From assembly GCA_039798665.1 (NCBI GenBank), contig JBDKFO010000002.1, forward strand, positions 3,990 through 67,989: a stretch of 64,000 nucleotides of DNA, written 5' to 3'. This document shows positions 58,973 through 64,000 of this stretch, piece by piece. The position numbers and the translations under genes are program-made. The DNA comes from Bacteroidota bacterium (GTDB lineage Bacteria > Bacteroidota > Bacteroidia > Flavobacteriales > Flavobacteriaceae). The first letter of the stretch is position 1; each line of letters begins with the position of its first letter. The notes beneath the pieces were generated by a model. The model searched no databases and was not told the DNA's origin. It saw nothing but the letters and a program-made list of their open reading frames with translations.

Positions 58973-60319
58973 ATGTTTAAAAAAATATTAATTGCCAACA
59001 GAGGAGAGATTGCCTTGCGCATCATCCGTACCTGTCGCGAAATGGGCATTAAAACTGTGGCAGTCTACTCAACAGTTGATGCCGATAGTTTGCACGTAAA
59101 ATTTGCCGACGAAGCGGTTTGTATTGGCCCAGCGCCGAGCAACTTGTCTTATTTAAAGATGTCCAACATCATTGCGGCAGCCGAAATTACTAACGCAGAT
59201 GCCATTCACCCGGGTTACGGCTTTTTATCTGAAAACGCTAAATTTTCTAAAATTTGCCAAGAACACGGCATCAAATTTATTGGGGCTTCTCCCGAGATGA
59301 TTGATCGAATGGGCGATAAAGCATCAGCCAAAGCAACCATGAAAGCGGCTGGTGTTCCTTGTGTTCCCGGTTCAGACGGGATTTTAGAATCCTATGAACA
59401 AGCTGAAAAATTATCCAAAGAGATGGGTTATCCCGTCATGCTCAAAGCAACCGCTGGTGGTGGAGGAAAAGGAATGCGTGCGGTTTGGAAAGAAGAAGAT
59501 TTATTGAAAGCGTGGGAAAGTGCTCGTCAAGAAGCTGGAGCAGCTTTTGGAAACGACGGCATGTACTTAGAAAAATTAATCGAAGAACCACGACATATTG
59601 AGATTCAAGTGGTGGGTGATGCCTATGGTAAAGCCTGTCATTTATCAGAGCGCGATTGCTCCGTGCAACGTCGTCACCAAAAACTGACCGAGGAAACGCC
59701 TTCTCCATTCATGACTGATGAATTGCGAAATAAAATGGGAGAAGCAGCTGTAAAAGCGGCAGAGTTCATTAAATACGAAGGAGCTGGAACGGTAGAATTT
59801 TTGGTGGATAAACACCGCAATTTCTATTTCATGGAAATGAATACCCGTATTCAGGTAGAGCACCCAATTACTGAACAAGTAATTGATTACGATTTAATTC
59901 GCGAGCAAATTTTAGTTGCTGCGGGTGTGCCTATTTCTGGAAAAAATTATTTCCCCAATTTGCATGCTATTGAATGCCGAATTAACGCGGAAGATCCATA
60001 CAATGATTTCCGTCCTTCACCGGGAAAAATCACCACCTTGCATGCGCCAGGAGGACACGGTGTTCGATTGGATACGCACGTATATGCCGGATACACTATT
60101 CCGTCCAATTACGATTCAATGATCGCTAAACTCATCACCACAGCGCAAACCCGTGAAGAGGCCATCAGTAAAATGAAACGTGCCTTAGATGAATTTGTGA
60201 TTGAAGGAATTAAAACCACCATTCCGTTTCACCGCCAATTGATGGATGAACCCGATTATGTGGCTGGAAATTACACCACAAAATTCATGGAGAGTTTTAA
60301 AATGAACGATCCTGACTAA
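58973..60319 (+). CDS. accC: Biotin carboxylase
   Basis: [60 protein letters not shown]. Confidence 0.97.
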   Translation: MFKKILIANRGEIALRIIRTCREMGIKTVAVYSTVDADSLHVKFADEAVCIGPAPSNLSYLKMSNIIAAAEITNADAIHPGYGFLSENAKFSKICQEHGIKFIGASPEMIDRMGDKASAKATMKAAGVPCVPGSDGILESYEQAEKLSKEMGYPVMLKATAGGGGKGMRAVWKEEDLLKAWESARQEAGAAFGNDGMYLEKLIEEPRHIEIQVVGDAYGKACHLSERDCSVQRRHQKLTEETPSPFMTDELRNKMGEAAVKAAEFIKYEGAGTVEFLVDKHRNFYFMEMNTRIQVEHPITEQVIDYDLIREQILVAAGVPISGKNYFPNLHAIECRINAEDPYNDFRPSPGKITTLHAPGGHGVRLDTHVYAGYTIPSNYDSMIAKLITTAQTREEAISKMKRALDEFVIEGIKTTIPFHRQLMDEPDYVAGNYTTKFMESFKMNDPD

Positions 60320-60320
60320 T

Positions 60321-60349
60321 AAAAAAGGCCTCTATTTAGAGGCCTTTTT
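60321..60349. terminator. Bidirectional terminator
   Basis: aaaaaaggcctct-attt-agaggccttttt between convergent genes. Confidence 0.85.
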
Positions 60350-60359
60350 CTTTGCTGTA

Positions 60360-62270
60360 TTATAAAGTTTCTTTCAACCATTTGTAGAATTCGCGTTGCC
60401 AAACTTGGGCATTTTGCGGTTTGAGTACCCAGTGATTTTCTTCGGGGAAATACAAAAATCTACTTTTGATTCCGCGCAATTGTGCCGCTTGAAAAGCTTC
60501 TTGCGCTTGCCCAATGGGTACTCTAAAATCGGTTCCACCCTGAATAATTAGGATAGGTGTGTTCCATTGGTCTACATAATTTATGGGATTAAACGTGCTG
60601 TAGGTTTTTTGTGCCACGGCATTGTTTTTCTCCCAGTAGGCGCCACCAAAATCCCAGTTGTTGAAGAACACTTCTTCGGTTGTGCCAAACATGCTTTGGG
60701 TATTAAACACGCCGTCGTGTGCAATAAACGACTTGAATCTATTTTGGTGAATACCGGCCAAATAAAATACCGAATAGCCGCCATAACTTGCGCCTACACA
60801 TCCCAATCGGGCTTTGTCTACGTAGGATTCTTTGGCTACATCATCAATTGCCGATAGGTAATCTTGCATTACCTGACCGCCCCAATCGCCACTAATTTGC
60901 TCGTTCCAAGCTACGCCGTGTCCGGGCATTCCACGTCGGTTTGGTGCTACCACGATGTAACCATTGGCCGCCATGAGTTGAAAATTCCAACGAAACGAAT
61001 AAAACTGTGTCAAGGCCGATTGTGGTCCGCCTTGGCAATACAAGAGCGTAGGGTATTTTTTGTTCGCATCAAAGTTGGGCGGTAAAATTACCCAAACCAA
61101 CATTTTTTTGCCATCGGTGGTGGTTACATAGCGTTTTTCGGTTTTACTCAACGCCAAGCCTTCATAGATTTTGTCGTTTTCATGAGTAAGTTGTTTCCAC
61201 GTTTTCTTTTTTAGTTCGTAGCTGTAAATCTCGGTGGCATGGTTCATGTCGGTGCGGGTGAGCAGAATGTTGTTTCCAGAAAACCCAACAATGTCGTGTA
61301 CATCAAAAATACCATCCGTGAGTTGTTTTACGGTTGGTGCCATTTTGGTTAGTCCCGGATAATTCACCTCAAACAACTGAATAGTTCCGTCAACGGGTGC
61401 GGTAAAATAGACCTTTTTACCATCAGGAGCCCACATAAAATTATTTACCGTGCCATCCCAATTGGCGGTTAAATTCAAGCGTACTTGGTCGTTTACCTGA
61501 ACCATCAAATCATTTTTATCGGCTTCATAGCCGTCGCGTTTCATTTGCAACCAGGTTAAATTCCCTTGGGGAGAAAAGCCCGGATTGGTGTCATAACCCA
61601 AATTGCTTTCCGTAAGATTTACGGTTGTACCTGTGGCTATATCGTATTGATACAAATTGGTATTGGTCGATACGGCATAGGCCGTTCCTTCTTTTTTCTT
61701 GCACACATAAATGATGCTTTTGCCATCGGGCGACCAAATAAAATCTTCGTCGCCACCAAAGGGTTTTTGGGGACTGTCATAGCGTTCATCTTTCAGGATA
61801 TCATTCCCGGTTTGCTCCCCAGCTGCTGTGCTTTTGTAGAATACGTGGTTGTATTTTCCCTCGTTCCAGGTGTCCCAGTGGCGGTAATCCAAGCCGTTAT
61901 AGACTTGTGCATTTGATTTATCCAGTTCCGGATAAAAATCTTTGCCGTGTACGGCTTGAAGTTTTACTTCCTCGCTATACAGGATGTGCTTTCCATCGGG
62001 AGACACATTGCGATCTGAAATAAAGTTTTTCGTGTCTTTAATTTCGGTTGCTTTTCCACCTTCGATTGGCATCATGAAGGTTTTTGAAGTCGATTTGTTT
62101 TCAGTTACAGAAGGGTAAGAAACCTTGTAAAGTAATGCCGACCCATCTTTTGAAATACCCACCGGACTTACTCGGCCCAATTTCCATAATAATTCGGGAG
62201 ACATAACTTCTTGTGCGTGCAGTGCAGCCATACTAAATACCATTGCGATTAGTAATCCAATTTTTTTCAT
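60360..62270 (-). CDS. S9-family (dipeptidyl-peptidase 5-like) secreted peptidase
   Basis: Signal peptide, PD40-like WSPDG repeats, QGGPQS, GASYGG nucleophile, D.RVP and ENHWV triad motifs. Confidence 0.92.
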   Translation of the reverse strand: MKKIGLLIAMVFSMAALHAQEVMSPELLWKLGRVSPVGISKDGSALLYKVSYPSVTENKSTSKTFMMPIEGGKATEIKDTKNFISDRNVSPDGKHILYSEEVKLQAVHGKDFYPELDKSNAQVYNGLDYRHWDTWNEGKYNHVFYKSTAAGEQTGNDILKDERYDSPQKPFGGDEDFIWSPDGKSIIYVCKKKEGTAYAVSTNTNLYQYDIATGTTVNLTESNLGYDTNPGFSPQGNLTWLQMKRDGYEADKNDLMVQVNDQVRLNLTANWDGTVNNFMWAPDGKKVYFTAPVDGTIQLFEVNYPGLTKMAPTVKQLTDGIFDVHDIVGFSGNNILLTRTDMNHATEIYSYELKKKTWKQLTHENDKIYEGLALSKTEKRYVTTTDGKKMLVWVILPPNFDANKKYPTLLYCQGGPQSALTQFYSFRWNFQLMAANGYIVVAPNRRGMPGHGVAWNEQISGDWGGQVMQDYLSAIDDVAKESYVDKARLGCVGASYGGYSVFYLAGIHQNRFKSFIAHDGVFNTQSMFGTTEEVFFNNWDFGGAYWEKNNAVAQKTYSTFNPINYVDQWNTPILIIQGGTDFRVPIGQAQEAFQAAQLRGIKSRFLYFPEENHWVLKPQNAQVWQREFYKWLKETL

Positions 62271-62308
62271 AGTCTAAATTTTGAAGGGTTAAATGTACCC
62301 TTTTTTAC

Positions 62309-62340
62309 AAAAAAAAGCCACCGAATATCGATGGCTTTTT
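62309..62340 (-). terminator. Terminator of the T9SS cargo gene
   Basis: aaaaaaaagccaccga-ata-tcgatggcttttt. Confidence 0.7.
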
Positions 62341-62359
62341 CTAGGGTTTTGTATTGAAA

Positions 62360-64000
62360 TTATTTTTTGATTACACGTTTAACGACCGTTTGGTCGTTCA
62401 TCACAAATTCAATCAAGTAGGTTCCAGCGGTAATGTTACCTACGTATACTTCATTGTTTTCTACTTTACCTTCAGCGACTACTTGACCCAATACAGTATA
62501 AATACGGTAATTGGCCACGGCAGCTGATTCAGAAACCGTTAAGAAGTTCCCTTCAACCGGATTAGGATATACGAGTACGTCAACTGCGGTGTTGTCTTCT
62601 TGACGAGCAGTGGCCGAAATGTTTACCGTATAATCTTCTACTTGTCCGTTGGCAAACAACTCACAAGAGGTAGGAGATGCGTTGTATTTCATTGAGATAC
62701 GCATTCTTTTTGTTCCTAAAGTTGTGGCAGCAGGCACTGTGAAAGACCCCGAAACTGAAGTAGCTGAAATCGCTGTTCTGTTGTACACTTGTTCTCCTGT
62801 ATCAAGGAAATCTCCATCGTTATTGAAATCAATCCAAATGCGGTAGGCCTCTTTTCGGGTTGATGTTGAACGGAATGGCGTAAGAGTAAATGCAGTAGCA
62901 ACACCTCGTACAATGTTGGTAGAAATAGCTGTAAAGTTTTCGTAGCCGGTAGTTGCGGTAGAAGTATTGTTAATGGTACCCAAAACAACTTTACTAATAC
63001 GGTCATTTGCTGCACTAGTTCCTTGTGAGGTACAATAAGTTATTGTTAAAGTAGTTACAGCCACACTATTACTTGCAGTTGAAAGATTACCCGCTGCATC
63101 TTTGGCTACTACATAGAATGAATAAGCAGTGCCTGCAGTTAAGCCAGTAGCGGCATAGGTAGTTGTTGTTACGGTAGCCAATAAAACACCACCGCGGTAC
63201 ACATTATATCCTGATACTCCAACATTATCAGTTGCAGCTGTCCAGCTTAAGTTTGTAGTTGTGCTAGTTGTACCAGCAGCACTCAAGACAGGCGCAGTTG
63301 GCGCAGTGGTATCTGGCGTTGTAGTGGTTACATTTACTGTATTACTACTTGTAGTATTTCCAGCTGCATCTTTGGCTAACACAGTAAATGCATAAGTGGT
63401 TCCCGCGCTTAAGCCAGTAACAGCATACGTCAATCCGGTTACTGTAGCTTTGAAAACACTATTTTGATATACGTCATAACCGGTTACAGCTACGTTGTCA
63501 GTGGCTGCAGTCCAAGCTAAATTAGTAGTTGTGTTGGTAGTTCCTGAGGCACTCAATACAGGCGCAGTTGGCGCAGCAGTATCAGCCAAGGTAGTTACGT
63601 CCACCACATTACTCGCTGCCGACACATTATTATTGGCATCTTTTGCTTTTACACTAAAGCTGTAAAGTGTAGACGGAGTTAATCCAGTTACGGTATACGT
63701 TGTAGTGGTTACCGTTGCTTTTAAGGTTGCTCCCTGATATACCTCATATCCAGTTACGGCTACGTTATCGGTTGCAGCTGTCCAGCTCAATTGTGTGCTT
63801 GTGCTAGTTGTGCCAGCTGCCACCAAATTGGTAGGCTCAGTCGGCGCAGTAAAGTCAGTTGACCCTTGTGTAATGGTAAAGTTGGCATTTGAAATGTCAA
63901 AGAAAATATGGTTGCTTCCTTTAATCATGATGCGGTTAGTGGTACCTGGTGTATTAGGGATAACTACGGCTTCAGTTCCGTCGTTTGGCGTGGCGGCCAA
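62360..64000 (-). CDS. T9SS type A-sorted protein, 5' partial: 3 x FN3 + GEVED + CTD (probably a reprolysin-like metallopeptidase upstream)
   Basis: Three LSWTAATDNV.V.GY.VY FN3 repeats; GEVED-type RIWIDFNNDGDF...GQVEDY; VYPNPV...GTYLI CTD. The preceding RIMIKGSNHIFFDISN segment is typical of flavobacterial M12B-like peptidases; the catalytic part is outside the window. Confidence 0.85.
   Translation of the reverse strand: MAATPNDGTEAVVIPNTPGTTNRIMIKGSNHIFFDISNANFTITQGSTDFTAPTEPTNLVAAGTTSTSTQLSWTAATDNVAVTGYEVYQGATLKATVTTTTYTVTGLTPSTLYSFSVKAKDANNNVSAASNVVDVTTLADTAAPTAPVLSASGTTNTTTNLAWTAATDNVAVTGYDVYQNSVFKATVTGLTYAVTGLSAGTTYAFTVLAKDAAGNTTSSNTVNVTTTTPDTTAPTAPVLSAAGTTSTTTNLSWTAATDNVGVSGYNVYRGGVLLATVTTTTYAATGLTAGTAYSFYVVAKDAAGNLSTASNSVAVTTLTITYCTSQGTSAANDRISKVVLGTINNTSTATTGYENFTAISTNIVRGVATAFTLTPFRSTSTRKEAYRIWIDFNNDGDFLDTGEQVYNRTAISATSVSGSFTVPAATTLGTKRMRISMKYNASPTSCELFANGQVEDYTVNISATARQEDNTAVDVLVYPNPVEGNFLTVSESAAVANYRIYTVLGQVVAEGKVENNEVYVGNITAGTYLIEFVMNDQTVVKRVIKK

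Overview
Core-chromosome segment of a Flavobacterium-like Bacteroidota bacterium, inferred from gene content, T9SS C-terminal domains and TAnnTTTG -7 promoter boxes. It holds about 45 CDS and 2 tRNAs. Most genes are housekeeping (purF, sod, AddA/AddB-like, kbl, sdhCAB, glyQS, thiL, lepA, dusB, rbfA, riboflavin synthase, pdxA, yceD-rpmF-fabH-accB-accC), with large secreted or surface proteins at both ends. I see no integrase, transposase, prophage or CRISPR-Cas. The standout is a compact accessory locus at 40378-47263. It encodes a LytTR regulator with a degenerate phospho-site, an 81-aa secreted precursor with four copies of EIGGTQSAP-R[KR], and two TPR-sensor HisKA_3 kinases, each paired with a LuxR/NarL-type regulator. 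The peptide gene and both sensor domains are markedly AT-rich. This resembles an agr/com-like peptide-pheromone (quorum-sensing) system in a Gram-negative bacterium; that function is inferred, not demonstrated. Second, tRNA-Leu(TAG) is followed by three ~82-bp tandem units, each a degenerate tRNA 3' half with a REP-like palindrome in place of part of the T-loop, plus a terminator. Also seen: a candidate ~70-nt sRNA between purF and sod, three Flavo-1-like structured intergenic elements and a small PID-CTERM-like protein.
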